DNA of 64,000 nt. Source: Bacteroidaceae bacterium. Its GTDB lineage: Bacteria; Bacteroidota; Bacteroidia; Bacteroidales; Bacteroidaceae. The notes under the pieces are model-generated. The model made no database searches, was not told the origin of the DNA, and saw nothing but the letters and a program-made list of their open reading frames with translations. Positions 1 to 10,115 of this stretch are shown piece after piece. The position numbers and the translations under genes were made by a program. Position 1 is the stretch's first letter. Every line of letters starts with the position of its first letter. The stretch spans positions 26,963 to 90,962 of the forward strand of contig JAGCMB010000036.1 in NCBI GenBank assembly GCA_017646665.1. The letters run 5' to 3'.

Positions 1-392
1 TGAGTTTCTCTTATAGACGTGGAATACCCGATGATACTTCGGGCAATGGTGGCGGCTTTGTCTTCGACTGCCGTGCAATACATAATCCCGGGCGCTATGA
101 GCCTTACAAAAAACTCACAGGAATGGATGCACCTGTGATTGAATTCCTTGAAAAAGAGAGTAATATAGTCGATTTTCTTGAGAATGCATACGCCTTGGTT
201 GATAATATGGTTGACACTTATAAAAAACGTGGTTTTACTCACGTTCAGGTGTGTTGTGGATGCACAGGCGGTCAACACCGTTCGGTATATAGCGCCGAGC
301 ATATTGCCCGTCACGTTGCCGATAAATTTGGTGTCAGGGTGGTTGTGACACACAAGATGCAGGGCATCAGATATGTTATAGATGCGAAGTGA
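1..392 (+). CDS. rapZ: RapZ-like nucleotide-binding RNase adapter protein, C-terminal part (5' end lies outside the window)
   Basis: The frame is open from base 3. The translation SFSYRRGIPDDTSGNGGGFVFDCRAIHNPGRYEPYKKLTGMD... matches the RapZ/UPF0042 C-terminal pattern (F-x-F-D-x-R-x-x-x-N-P). The listed ORF 123..392 is only its tail. Confidence 0.6.
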   Translation, partial: SFSYRRGIPDDTSGNGGGFVFDCRAIHNPGRYEPYKKLTGMDAPVIEFLEKESNIVDFLENAYALVDNMVDTYKKRGFTHVQVCCGCTGGQHRSVYSAEHIARHVADKFGVRVVVTHKMQGIRYVIDAK

Positions 393-474
393 AGAGCTCT
401 TTCTGTATTAAAACAATAGGGATGTAGGCGTTTATTCTCTGTGTTTATCTTTTTGTTTTTACGGAAAATTTAGG

Positions 475-482
475 TAACTTTG
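475..482 (+). promoter_or_regulatory. Bacteroidetes-type -7 promoter box (TAACTTTG) upstream of ileS
   Basis: Matches the TAnnTTTG consensus and lies 36 nt upstream of the ileS ATG. Confidence 0.45.
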
Positions 483-517
483 CAAAATTGAAAAGAAAAT
501 AAACGTTTATTTATAAA

Positions 518-3500
518 ATGAAGAAATTTCCAGTATATAATCAACTCAATTTGCCTCAAATTAATAAGGAGGTGCTTGCTGAGTGGGAGAAAGAAGACCT
601 GTTCTCAAAAAGTATGACCGAGCGCGAGGGTGCTCCATCGTTTGTCTTTTTTGAAGGACCTCCTTCGGCTAACGGTATGCCCGGTATACACCACGTGATG
701 GCGCGCAGTATAAAGGATACATTCTGCCGTTTCAAGACAATGAAAGGTTTTCAGGTCAAGCGTAAAGCCGGTTGGGATACACACGGCTTGCCTGTGGAAC
801 TTGGTGTAGAGAAGAAGTTGAATATTACTAAAGAAGATATTGGCAAAAAGATTTCAGTCGATGATTATAACCGTAACTGCCGCGAGGAGGTTATGAAGTA
901 CACCCGTGAGTGGACCGACCTTACACGTAAGATGGGTTATTGGGTTGATCTTGAAAATCCATATATCACATACGAGAACAGCTATATCGAGTCTTTGTGG
1001 TGGCTGTTGAAGCAACTCTACAACAAGGATTTACTCTACAAAGGTTATACAATCCAGCCCTATTCTCCAGCTGCAGGTACAGGCTTGAGCTCTCACGAGC
1101 TTAATCAGCCCGGATGTTACCGTGATGTAAAGGACACGACAGCGGTTGCTCAGTTCCGTATGCTTGATCCCAAGCCCGAAATGACAGCTTGGGGTACACC
1201 ATACTTCATTGCTTGGACAACAACACCTTGGACATTGCCATCAAACACGGCGCTCTGCGTTGGTCCAAAGATTGACTATGTTGCAGTACAGACATACAAT
1301 GCCTATAATGGCCAGCCTGTGACATTGGTGCTTGCCAAGGCTCTATTGGCAGCCCACTTCAATCCTGCCGGTGCCGATATGCCGCTCGAAGAGTATAATG
1401 CCGGTGACAAGATTGTGCCTTACAGGGTTATTGCAGAATACAAAGGTGCCGACATTGTCGGTATGCATTACGCACAATTGTTCCCTTGGGTGAAACCCGT
1501 AAGAAAGGATGGCGACAGTTTTGTTGATGCTTCGGCTGAGGCATTTAGAGTAATTCCTGGTGATTATGTAACAACCGAGGATGGTACCGGTATCGTGCAC
1601 ATTGCACCTACTTTTGGCGCCGATGATGCTTTTGTGGCAAAGGCAGCCGGTATTCCTTCACTCTTTATGATAAACAAGAAGGGTGAAACACGTCCAATGG
1701 TCGACTTTACCGGAAAGTTCTGGGCAATGGATGAACTTGACGAGAATTTCGTTGCAGACTATGTGAACACAGACGAGTATGCAAAATTTGCAGCAGCGTA
1801 TGTGAAGAATGCATACGACCCACAATATACTGTTGACGGCCGTTATGACGACAAGGCTGCAGCAAAAGCTGAAACGCTTGATGTTGTGCTCTGCATGGTT
1901 CTGAAACAGGCCGGCTTGGCATTCAAGATAGAGAAGCACGTACACAACTATCCACACTGCTGGCGTACAGACAAACCGGTGCTTTATTATCCGCTCGATA
2001 GCTGGTTCGTTCGTGCATCGCAGATGAAGGAGCGTATGAGCGAACTTAACAAGACTATCACATGGAAACCTGAATCAACGGGTACAGGCCGTTTTGGTAA
2101 GTGGCTCGAGAATTTGAACGACTGGAATTTGAGCCGCAGCCGTTATTGGGGTACTCCGCTGCCTATTTGGACAAGTGAAGATGGCGAGGCTATCTGCATC
2201 GGTTCTGTCGCAGAACTCTATGACGAGATAGAGAAGGCTGTTGCTGCCGGTGTTATGGCAAGCAATCCTTACAAGGAGAAAGGCTTTGTTCCCGGTGATT
2301 ACAGCAAGGCCAACTATGACAAGATAGACCTTCATCGTCCATACGTCGATGATATCAAACTTGTTTCTTCTACCGGCAAGGTTATGACACGTGAACTCGA
2401 CCTCATTGATGTATGGTTTGATTCAGGTGCTATGCCTTACGCACAGATACACTATCCGTTCGAGAACAAAGAGATACTCGACAGCCGTGCGGTATATCCT
2501 GCCGACTTCATTGCCGAGGGTGTCGACCAGACACGTGGTTGGTTCTACACCTTGCACGCAATTGCAACAATGGTGTTCGACAGTGTGGCATACAAGACTG
2601 TAATCTCAAACGGTCTTGTGCTCGACAAGAACGGTGACAAGATGTCAAAACGTCTTGGAAATGCGGTTGACCCATTTGATACAATAGAGAACTATGGTAG
2701 TGACGCATTACGTTGGTATATGATAACCAACTCGGCACCTTGGGACAATCTGCGTTTCAATGAAGAGGGTGTCAAAGAGGTTACACGCTCATTCTTCGGT
2801 AAATTATACCAGACATATAGCTTCTTCACTATGTATGCAAACGTTGACGGTTTTACATATTCAGAACCCGATGTTCCGCTTGCAGAACGTCCTGAACTTG
2901 ACCGTTGGATTCTGTCGGCACTCAATACATTGGTGAAGAATGTCAACAACTGTTTGAACGACTACGAGCCCACAAAGGCAGGTCGTTTGATACAGGATTT
3001 TGTTATTGACAACGTAAGTAACTGGTTCGTACGTCTTAGCCGTAAACGTTTCTGGGGTGCCGGTCAGAGCACGGATAAATTGTCGGCATATCAGACACTG
3101 TATACTTGTCTTGAAACAGTTGCCCGCCTTATGGCGCCAATCGCTCCATTCTATGCAGAGCGTCTGTATCAGGACTTGACATCGGTTACCGGACGTGGTG
3201 ATGCTACATCGGTTCACCTTGCAAAATTCCCCGAGTGCGATGAGCAGAGTGTTGATAGCGAGTTGGAATATCGTATGGTATTGGCGCAGCAGATTTCGTC
3301 AATGGTGCTTGCGCTCCGCAAGAAAGAGGCTCTGATTGTGCGACAGCCATTGCAGAAGATTGCAATCCCTGCGGCTGACGAGGTGATGAAATCCCGTATT
3401 GAGGCTGTAAAACAGCTCATCCTCAACGAGGTGAATGTGAAAGAACTTGTCTTTGTCGAGGGTGACGGTATTCTTGTCAAGAAAATCAAATGTAACTTCC

Positions 3501-3997
3501 GCACTCTTGGAAAGAAGTTCGGTAAGCTTATGAAGAGTGTGAACGTGGCTGTTACCAATATGGCTCAGGAGCAGATTGCTGAACTTGAGAAGAATGGCAA
3601 TATCACTTTGCAGGTTGAGGGTGTAGACGCGCTCATTGAACTTGCCGATGTTGAAATCTTCAGCGAGGATGTTCCTGGTTGGACTGTAGCCAACGAAGGT
3701 GCATTGACTGTTGCACTTGATGTTGAGGTGACAGAGGATTTGCGTCGCGAGGGTGTTGCCCGTGAAATTGTCAAGAAAATTCAGGCAATGCGCAAGGATA
3801 GTGGCTTTGATATTGTTGACCGCATTGTGGTTGAAATAGAGAGCAATGAGGTTACTGATTCTGCCGTTGAACAGTTTAATGGCTATATCTGCAATCAGGT
3901 TCTTGCCGATGAACTGAAAATCAGCAACAACGTAGATGGTGACAATGTTGTAGAATTGGATAACATCGTTGTGAAACTATCTGTAAGAAAACTTTGA
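518..3997 (+). CDS. ileS: Isoleucine--tRNA ligase (long, type-2 form)
   Basis: 1159 aa. Class I motifs are present: PSANGMPGIHHVMAR (HIGH-like) and DKMSKRLGN (KMSKS). Typical IleRS editing and anticodon-binding regions are present. Confidence 0.97.
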   Translation: MKKFPVYNQLNLPQINKEVLAEWEKEDLFSKSMTEREGAPSFVFFEGPPSANGMPGIHHVMARSIKDTFCRFKTMKGFQVKRKAGWDTHGLPVELGVEKKLNITKEDIGKKISVDDYNRNCREEVMKYTREWTDLTRKMGYWVDLENPYITYENSYIESLWWLLKQLYNKDLLYKGYTIQPYSPAAGTGLSSHELNQPGCYRDVKDTTAVAQFRMLDPKPEMTAWGTPYFIAWTTTPWTLPSNTALCVGPKIDYVAVQTYNAYNGQPVTLVLAKALLAAHFNPAGADMPLEEYNAGDKIVPYRVIAEYKGADIVGMHYAQLFPWVKPVRKDGDSFVDASAEAFRVIPGDYVTTEDGTGIVHIAPTFGADDAFVAKAAGIPSLFMINKKGETRPMVDFTGKFWAMDELDENFVADYVNTDEYAKFAAAYVKNAYDPQYTVDGRYDDKAAAKAETLDVVLCMVLKQAGLAFKIEKHVHNYPHCWRTDKPVLYYPLDSWFVRASQMKERMSELNKTITWKPESTGTGRFGKWLENLNDWNLSRSRYWGTPLPIWTSEDGEAICIGSVAELYDEIEKAVAAGVMASNPYKEKGFVPGDYSKANYDKIDLHRPYVDDIKLVSSTGKVMTRELDLIDVWFDSGAMPYAQIHYPFENKEILDSRAVYPADFIAEGVDQTRGWFYTLHAIATMVFDSVAYKTVISNGLVLDKNGDKMSKRLGNAVDPFDTIENYGSDALRWYMITNSAPWDNLRFNEEGVKEVTRSFFGKLYQTYSFFTMYANVDGFTYSEPDVPLAERPELDRWILSALNTLVKNVNNCLNDYEPTKAGRLIQDFVIDNVSNWFVRLSRKRFWGAGQSTDKLSAYQTLYTCLETVARLMAPIAPFYAERLYQDLTSVTGRGDATSVHLAKFPECDEQSVDSELEYRMVLAQQISSMVLALRKKEALIVRQPLQKIAIPAADEVMKSRIEAVKQLILNEVNVKELVFVEGDGILVKKIKCNFRTLGKKFGKLMKSVNVAVTNMAQEQIAELEKNGNITLQVEGVDALIELADVEIFSEDVPGWTVANEGALTVALDVEVTEDLRREGVAREIVKKIQAMRKDSGFDIVDRIVVEIESNEVTDSAVEQFNGYICNQVLADELKISNNVDGDNVVELDNIVVKLSVRKL

Positions 3998-4039
3998 TAA
4001 ACTATATATTGTATTACTAACCATAATAAATTACGAGAT

Positions 4040-4414
4040 ATGTCAGAAAAACTCCGTTATTCAGATGAAGAATTGGAAGAATTCCGCGCTGTGATTATGC
4101 AGAAGTTGGAACTTGCAAAGAGAGATTATGATCAAATTATGAGAGCTTTGCGTCACGAGGATTCAAATGACGTTGCAGATACATCACCTACTTATAAAGG
4201 ACTGGAGGATGGTAGCGATGCAGCCTACCTCGAGGAACAGATGCAGATTGCCAGCCGTCAGGCAAAGTTTATCCAGGGTTTGCAGGCAGCTCTCATCCGC
4301 ATTGAGAACAAGACTTACGGTATTTGTCGTGAAACAGGAAAACTCATTGCTAAAGAGAGATTGATGGCTGTGCCACACGCTACACTCAGCATTGAGGCCA
4401 AGAAGAACAGATAA
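4040..4414 (+). CDS. DksA/TraR-family regulator
   Basis: 124 aa with an acidic coiled-coil N-terminus and a C-terminal ...YGICRETGKLIAKERLMAVPHATL... DksA/TraR-like tail. The position between ileS and lspA is typical for Bacteroidales. Confidence 0.75.
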   Translation: MSEKLRYSDEELEEFRAVIMQKLELAKRDYDQIMRALRHEDSNDVADTSPTYKGLEDGSDAAYLEEQMQIASRQAKFIQGLQAALIRIENKTYGICRETGKLIAKERLMAVPHATLSIEAKKNR

Positions 4415-4420
4415 GCATAT

Positions 4421-5023
4421 ATGGCAGATAACTCGAAAGGTCGTTCCCTTTTTGTTTGGCTATCGGTGTTGCTTGCAATATTTATCGACCAGGTGATAAA
4501 AATTGCAGTAAAGACAAGTATGGCGTTGGGTGACGGCTTTTCTGTTTTTGGAGATTGGTTCCAGATTCGTTTCATTGAGAATAATGGAATGGCGTTTGGT
4601 ATGGAACTTTTTAATAAATTGTTCCTTACCGGTTTCCGTGTGCTTGCCATTGCTTTCCTTATCTACGTGCTTATTAAACTTCTTAAGGACAAGAACTATC
4701 CATTGGGCTTTATCTTTTCGGTGGGAATGATTCTGGCCGGTGCTGCAGGCAATCTGATAGATTGTCTGTTCTATGGCGAGATTTTTTCATCGAGCTATGG
4801 CGAGGTGGCACATTTTGTTCCTTGGGGCGAAGGGTATGCCTCTTTCTTTCAGGGACGCGTCGTGGATATGTTCTATTTCCCACTCTTTGTGTGGCCTGAA
4901 TGGTTGCCGCTTATAGGTGGCGACATATTCTTTAGCCCGGTGTTTAATTTTGCTGATGCCTGTATCAGTTGCAGCGTTGTTGCGATTTTGATATGGTACA
5001 GAAAGTTTGTCTTTAAAGGTTGA
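4421..5023 (+). CDS. lspA: Lipoprotein signal peptidase II
   Basis: 200 aa membrane protein with IENNGMAFG and FNFADACIS motifs, in the classic ileS-lspA linkage. Confidence 0.9.
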   Translation: MADNSKGRSLFVWLSVLLAIFIDQVIKIAVKTSMALGDGFSVFGDWFQIRFIENNGMAFGMELFNKLFLTGFRVLAIAFLIYVLIKLLKDKNYPLGFIFSVGMILAGAAGNLIDCLFYGEIFSSSYGEVAHFVPWGEGYASFFQGRVVDMFYFPLFVWPEWLPLIGGDIFFSPVFNFADACISCSVVAILIWYRKFVFKG

Positions 5024-5032
5024 TGCTTGAAG

Positions 5033-5827
5033 ATGGTGAGGAATGTCGTTAAGTTCGTGACAGGGCTATTGGTGCTGCTACTGGTTTCTTGTAAAGTGGA
5101 GATGCCTGAGAATATTCTGCCACCCGGAAAGATGGAGGATATTCTCTATGACTATCACTTGGCCAATTCTATGTCGTCTACATTTGCATCGGCCGACTAC
5201 AAAGAGAAGCTTATGTATGCCTATGTCTATGACAAGCATAATGTCAGCAAGGAGCATTTCGACTCTTCACTTGCGTGGTACAACCGTTATCCCAAGCACA
5301 TGAAAGGCGTCTACGAGAACCTTGAAAAGCGTTTCCAAGAAGATGTAGATGTTCTGGGTGGCGCAAAGGTGCTGCAAAACGAAGGTGTTGATATTGATGC
5401 AGCCTATTTGGCTTCGGATGTTGCTGAGTTGTGGACTGGATTTCCTGTGAAAGTACTCTCTTCAACGCCACTTAATAATAAAATACTCTTTTCTTTCAAT
5501 ACTCCCGACGACTCGTCGTTTGTTGCCGGAGATAGCCTTGTGTTCTCATTTAATGCAATGTTTGTCTCGGAAAATGAGGCAAATGTCAATCAGGAGGCTT
5601 ATGCTGCCATAACACTTGAGTATAACGACGACTCATATTGTGTTAAGGGTATCAGCATCAAAGAGGCGGGAGATTATACCGTTGCCGCTTCAAGGAATTT
5701 CGGCAGTTCACTGAAGTCAATGTCGGGCTATGTGTACTATTTCGACAACGATACCTCTTATACATCAAGGGTGTTGCTTGACGCATTGTCTGTTAAAAGA
5801 ATTCATCCTACGGCAAATTCAAAATAA
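5033..5827 (+). CDS. Lipoprotein of unknown function (DUF4296-like, by position downstream of lspA)
   Basis: Signal peptide with lipobox LLLVSC. The ORF opens with TTG at 5027, and the first ATG is at 5033. Confidence 0.6.
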   Translation: MVRNVVKFVTGLLVLLLVSCKVEMPENILPPGKMEDILYDYHLANSMSSTFASADYKEKLMYAYVYDKHNVSKEHFDSSLAWYNRYPKHMKGVYENLEKRFQEDVDVLGGAKVLQNEGVDIDAAYLASDVAELWTGFPVKVLSSTPLNNKILFSFNTPDDSSFVAGDSLVFSFNAMFVSENEANVNQEAYAAITLEYNDDSYCVKGISIKEAGDYTVAASRNFGSSLKSMSGYVYYFDNDTSYTSRVLLDALSVKRIHPTANSK

Positions 5828-5838
5828 AAAGATTTTCA

Positions 5839-6036
5839 ATGTTGTATTTGGCTCGCAGATTGTACTTGCCAACAGGTGAAGTGTTGGAGAGATATGTGGT
5901 CAAATCGGGTGGTGATTGCCAGCTCGAATGGTTCCCGTTTGAGAAAGAGAGTCATTCGATGATTCTTGTCAATGAATTGTATATTCAAAAAAGTAGTGAC
6001 GGCGTGTTGACGATAGGTGAGATAGCATCCATTTAA
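5839..6036 (+). CDS. Small hypothetical protein (65 aa), doubtful
   Basis: Open frame only. It overlaps the trmH-like stop by 4 nt in convergent orientation. I recognise no motif. Confidence 0.25.
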   Translation: MLYLARRLYLPTGEVLERYVVKSGGDCQLEWFPFEKESHSMILVNELYIQKSSDGVLTIGEIASI

Positions 6037-6788
6037 CCCCTGCGGCGGAATTCGCTGCATATAATGGCTGTCGCAACCGAAACATTGAGCGATTCCGATG
6101 TTTCACGCCCCGATGGGTAATTGGGGATGAAAAGTCTTTCGGTGATATTCCTGCTGCACTCTTTGCTGATTCCGTTACCTTCGTTTCCCATTATTATCAG
6201 GCCATTGCCTTTAAGTTCTTTGTTGTAGATGTTCTCGCCGTCAAGGAATGTGCCGTATAACGGAGCTTTTTCTTTTATCGACTCAAGGAATTCCGGCAGG
6301 TTGACATAATGTACCTTTATGCGGCCTATGGCGCCCATTGTCGCTTGTATGGTTTTAGGGTTGTAGATGTCGGCTGTTCCCACTGAACAGAAAATATTTT
6401 CTATGCCGAACCAGTCGGCAATTCGTACTATCGTACCCAGATTGCCGGGGTCTTGCACGTTGTCGAGTGCAAGGCATAACTCACGCTCCGGGGTGGTGTA
6501 GTCGGCTTCGTACTGTGGTTGGTGGAAAATTCCCATCACTCCTTGGGGTGCCTGTTGAAAACTGATGCGTCGCATCTCTTCATTGCTTACTTCAATAACT
6601 TCTGTTTCGGGGTCAAGACGGTGCTCTTTTAGCCATTCTGTGGTGGCTATTAGCTTGTCAAGCGCTATCCCTGCTGCCATAAGGTCGAGGACTGTTTTTC
6701 CACCTTCGGCAACAAAAAGACCGCTTTCCTTTCTCTGTTTTTTGTTATCGAGTGCCAATATGCGTTTCTGAAGTGCTTTGCTCAACAT
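6033..6788 (-). CDS. TrmH/SpoU-family RNA 2'-O-methyltransferase
   Basis: 251 aa with SpoU motifs LDNVQDPGNLGTIVR, LIIMGNEGNGIS and SLNVSVATAI. Confidence 0.88.
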   Translation of the reverse strand: MLSKALQKRILALDNKKQRKESGLFVAEGGKTVLDLMAAGIALDKLIATTEWLKEHRLDPETEVIEVSNEEMRRISFQQAPQGVMGIFHQPQYEADYTTPERELCLALDNVQDPGNLGTIVRIADWFGIENIFCSVGTADIYNPKTIQATMGAIGRIKVHYVNLPEFLESIKEKAPLYGTFLDGENIYNKELKGNGLIIMGNEGNGISKECSRNITERLFIPNYPSGRETSESLNVSVATAIICSEFRRRG

Positions 6789-6850
6789 CTTTTTTGCTTT
6801 TTGCGTGATTAAAGTGGTGCAAATCTACCTTAAATCTTTCAAGTTTTTCG

Positions 6851-6858
6851 TATATTTG
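6851..6858 (+). promoter_or_regulatory. -7 promoter box TATATTTG upstream of the BamA/TamA-family gene
   Basis: Perfect TAnnTTTG, about 70 nt upstream of the ATG at 6930. Confidence 0.4.
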
Positions 6859-6929
6859 TAAATTATTTTTAGTATAATCCCGTTATTAGGGGGATTTTTA
6901 GGTTTTGTAATCTATTATTTGAGTTTTTA

Positions 6930-9236
6930 ATGACGTCGTTGAGGAAAATAGTATTTGCGCTCTTGAGCGTGCTTTTGCTGTTCTCGTGCTCGGTGAAGAA
7001 ATTCATTCCCGAGGGCGAGTATCTGCTCAACGATGTCGATATTGTTTCTAATACAAACGCCGCCAATGCGTCAAAGGCCGAAAAATACATTCTACAAAAA
7101 CCTAATGCAAAATGGTTCAGCCTTGTAAAGGTGCCTATGTACACATACGCCCTTTCGGGACGTGATTCTACAAATTGGGGAAACCGTGTATTGCGTCGTC
7201 TTGGTGAAAAACCTGTTGTCTTCAGCAAAAGACTTGCCGAGGCTACAAGATTGAACATTCAACAGATGCTCCTCAATGATGGTTATCTGCACGCGCGTGT
7301 CGACCTCGAAACACTTGTCAACGAAAAGAAACGTCGTGCAAAGGTCATCTACTATCTTCACGAGAAAGAGAGATACTATATATCGGATTTCAAGATGGTG
7401 AGTGAGGATACCGCTCTTGCCAAGATTATATTGGCCGACTCTGCCTCTTCAATGATTAAGGTCGGTATGCCGTTCAATGTCGATGGTATGGAAATGGAGC
7501 GTCGCCGAGTAACCAATCTGCTCAAGAATAATGGATACTATCGTTTCCAGAAAGAGCATATCACCTACACTGCCGATACTGCACATCACTCAAACAAGGT
7601 GAGGCTGACAATGAATATTGCCGGTTTTATCCCATCTGCCAATGCTGAACCGGTTGACCATAAGGTCTATCGTATTGGTAAAATCTACTATGTCGCAAAT
7701 GCGGGTCTTCATCTTGATGATGCTCTTTTGGAACAGTGTGACACCATAGTGCACGATAATTTCACTCTCCTGTACAAGGAGTCTCCGGTGGTCCGTACAA
7801 AGAAATTGCTTGAGAATACCTACATCACTCCGGGCGAGCTGTTCTCGCAGGATAATGTGGACAAGACATATAGCTCTTTCTCACAGCTTTCGGCATTGAA
7901 ATATACAACCGTAAGAATGCAGGAACGCCCCGATACGGCATTGCTCGACTGCTATATTATGTACGAAAAGAGCAAGCGATGCACGGTCGGTTTTGACCTT
8001 GACGGAACCAATACTGCCGGAAATTTCGGTGCATTGGCATCGGTGACAATATCCGATAAGAACCTTTTCAAAGGCTCTGAGCAACTTGCTTTGAGGTTGT
8101 TCTGCGCTTATGAGGCTGTTTCCAACCTCAGGGGATACAATGGTAATAAGTTCTTTGAGTATGGTGCAGAATTGAGTCTGCGCTTTCAGGGTGGTCTTAT
8201 ATCTTCGTTGGTTCCGGCCGGTCAAAGAAAACTTGTGTCATCATCACTGTTCTCGCTCAAGTTTAATTCGCAGGATCGTCCGGAGTTCAACCGTAAGCTC
8301 ATTTCCGGTACCTGGAGTTATATGTGGAGCCGTAAAAAAGAGACACAGCACAAACTCGATGTCATTGACTTGAACTACATCTATGTACCTTGGATTGCCG
8401 AAACATTCAAGAAGGAGTACCTCGACAGTATTTCAAACCGCAACTCGATATTGAAATATAATTACGAGAACCTTTTGATTACAAAATTGGGCTATACATA
8501 CTCCTACAACTCGTCGTTGAACGAAGCGAACCGTTATAAACGATTTGTTTACTCTTTGAGAACAAATGTGGAGTGTTCCGGTAATGTGCTGTATGGAATT
8601 AATTCTCTGTTCAACAGTGCCAAAAACGCCGATGGACAATATACGTTTATGAACATCGCCTATGCCCAATATGTTAAAGGAGATTTGGACTTCACCACAC
8701 GTGTAAGGATTGATGACAGAAATCAGGTGGTTATGCATTTGGGATTTGGTATTGCATACCCCTATGGAAATTCGCGCATCCTTCCTTTTGAGAAACGTTA
8801 TTTCGCCGGTGGTGCAAATGGCCTGCGCGGATGGACTGTGCGCACGCTTGGCCCGGGAAGTTACAAGAATAGCAATAAGAATATTGATTTCATCAACCAG
8901 TCGGGTGATATAAAGCTCGATATGAGTGTTGAGTTCCGTTCACACCTCTTTATGATGGTGCACTCGGCTGTGTTTATTGATGCCGGTAACATCTGGACAA
9001 TTCGTAATTACGAAGAGCAACCAGGCGGACAGTTCAATATTACAACCTTTTATAAAGACATTGCCGTTTCTTATGGTCTTGGATTGAGATTGGAACTTGA
9101 TATGTTCGTGTTCCGTCTTGATGCGGCTATGAAGGCTATAAATCCGGCATATAGCGGCAAGGAGAAATTCCCGATAATAACACCGAATTTCAACCGCGAC
9201 TTTGCCTTGCATTTTGCAATTGGCTACCCCTTCTGA
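6930..9236 (+). CDS. BamA/TamA-family outer-membrane protein (surface antigen D15)
   Basis: 768 aa with a signal peptide and lipobox-like LLFSC. It has a POTRA-like N-terminal half and a C-terminal beta-barrel with RYFAGGANGLRGW and a terminal ...GYPF. Confidence 0.85.
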   Translation: MTSLRKIVFALLSVLLLFSCSVKKFIPEGEYLLNDVDIVSNTNAANASKAEKYILQKPNAKWFSLVKVPMYTYALSGRDSTNWGNRVLRRLGEKPVVFSKRLAEATRLNIQQMLLNDGYLHARVDLETLVNEKKRRAKVIYYLHEKERYYISDFKMVSEDTALAKIILADSASSMIKVGMPFNVDGMEMERRRVTNLLKNNGYYRFQKEHITYTADTAHHSNKVRLTMNIAGFIPSANAEPVDHKVYRIGKIYYVANAGLHLDDALLEQCDTIVHDNFTLLYKESPVVRTKKLLENTYITPGELFSQDNVDKTYSSFSQLSALKYTTVRMQERPDTALLDCYIMYEKSKRCTVGFDLDGTNTAGNFGALASVTISDKNLFKGSEQLALRLFCAYEAVSNLRGYNGNKFFEYGAELSLRFQGGLISSLVPAGQRKLVSSSLFSLKFNSQDRPEFNRKLISGTWSYMWSRKKETQHKLDVIDLNYIYVPWIAETFKKEYLDSISNRNSILKYNYENLLITKLGYTYSYNSSLNEANRYKRFVYSLRTNVECSGNVLYGINSLFNSAKNADGQYTFMNIAYAQYVKGDLDFTTRVRIDDRNQVVMHLGFGIAYPYGNSRILPFEKRYFAGGANGLRGWTVRTLGPGSYKNSNKNIDFINQSGDIKLDMSVEFRSHLFMMVHSAVFIDAGNIWTIRNYEEQPGGQFNITTFYKDIAVSYGLGLRLELDMFVFRLDAAMKAINPAYSGKEKFPIITPNFNRDFALHFAIGYPF

Positions 9237-9277
9237 TGATGAAGGTTTGTTTTGAAGAAGAAGATAATAATATATAT

Positions 9278-10081
9278 ATGGAGATTCGATTTATGAGTAT
9301 TGGCAGCGGTAGCTGCGGAAATTGTTACTACCTTGGGGTGGGTGACTATGGTATTCTCATAGATGCCGGAATACCGTCAAAGACCATCAGGATGGCTTTG
9401 AAAAAGGAAGGAATTGCTTTTGAAAGCATTTGCGCCCTGTTTGTTACACACGACCACGCCGACCACATCAAGTCGGTTGGGGTGATTTCATCAAAGGCAA
9501 ATATTCCTGTATATGCAACCAAAGAGGTGCATAAAGGCATCACGCAAAACTATTGCGTTTCAAAACCCATAGAACCGGCCTATGTGAGGTATGTCCAAAA
9601 AGAGGAGCCACTCACTTTGCGCGATTTTGTTATCACTCCCTTTGAAGTGCCACACGACGGAAGTGATAATGTGGGATATTTCATTGAGGTTGGTGACAAG
9701 AAATTTTGTATAGCAACCGATTTGGGCGAGATTACACCCAACGCATCCTATTACATTGACCAGGCCAACCATCTTGTCATTGAGTCCAACTACGAAGAAC
9801 AGATGCTTGCGATGGGACGCTATCCCGAATTTCTCAAGGTGCGTGTTTCGGGGCCTCGTGGTCATATGAGTAATCAGGCTACGGCAAAATATCTTGCATC
9901 GCATTTCAATGAGCACCTGAAGAATATTTGGCTTTGCCATTTAAGTGAGGAGAACAATCATCCCGAACTTGCATACAAAGCTGTGACAATGGAGTTTGGC
10001 GACTACGGAATTATTGCCGGAAAAGATGTGCAGCTTGTTGTGCTGAAGCGTGCAACACCTTCACAGCTATATCGTTTGTAA
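9278..10081 (+). CDS. MBL-fold metallo-hydrolase
   Basis: HxHxDH motif (THDHADH). The likely start is [12 protein letters not shown] at 9278. The ORF opens at 9236, overlapping the upstream stop. Confidence 0.85.
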   Translation: MEIRFMSIGSGSCGNCYYLGVGDYGILIDAGIPSKTIRMALKKEGIAFESICALFVTHDHADHIKSVGVISSKANIPVYATKEVHKGITQNYCVSKPIEPAYVRYVQKEEPLTLRDFVITPFEVPHDGSDNVGYFIEVGDKKFCIATDLGEITPNASYYIDQANHLVIESNYEEQMLAMGRYPEFLKVRVSGPRGHMSNQATAKYLASHFNEHLKNIWLCHLSEENNHPELAYKAVTMEFGDYGIIAGKDVQLVVLKRATPSQLYRL

Positions 10082-10115
10082 AATCAAGAAAAGAATTATA
10101 ATAAAATATAACATT

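Noticed and set aside
10050-10115. N-terminal extensions suggested by the ORF track. Examples: tyrS from 10050, lplA from 31140, POT from 29429, gcvPA from 33805, GH20 from 55579, AraC from 16001, prfA to 27755.
   Set aside because: The extensions encode non-conserved, often hydrophobic or odd sequence. Some overlap upstream genes or contain the gene's own -7 promoter box. Conserved N-termini begin at the internal ATGs used in the feature table.
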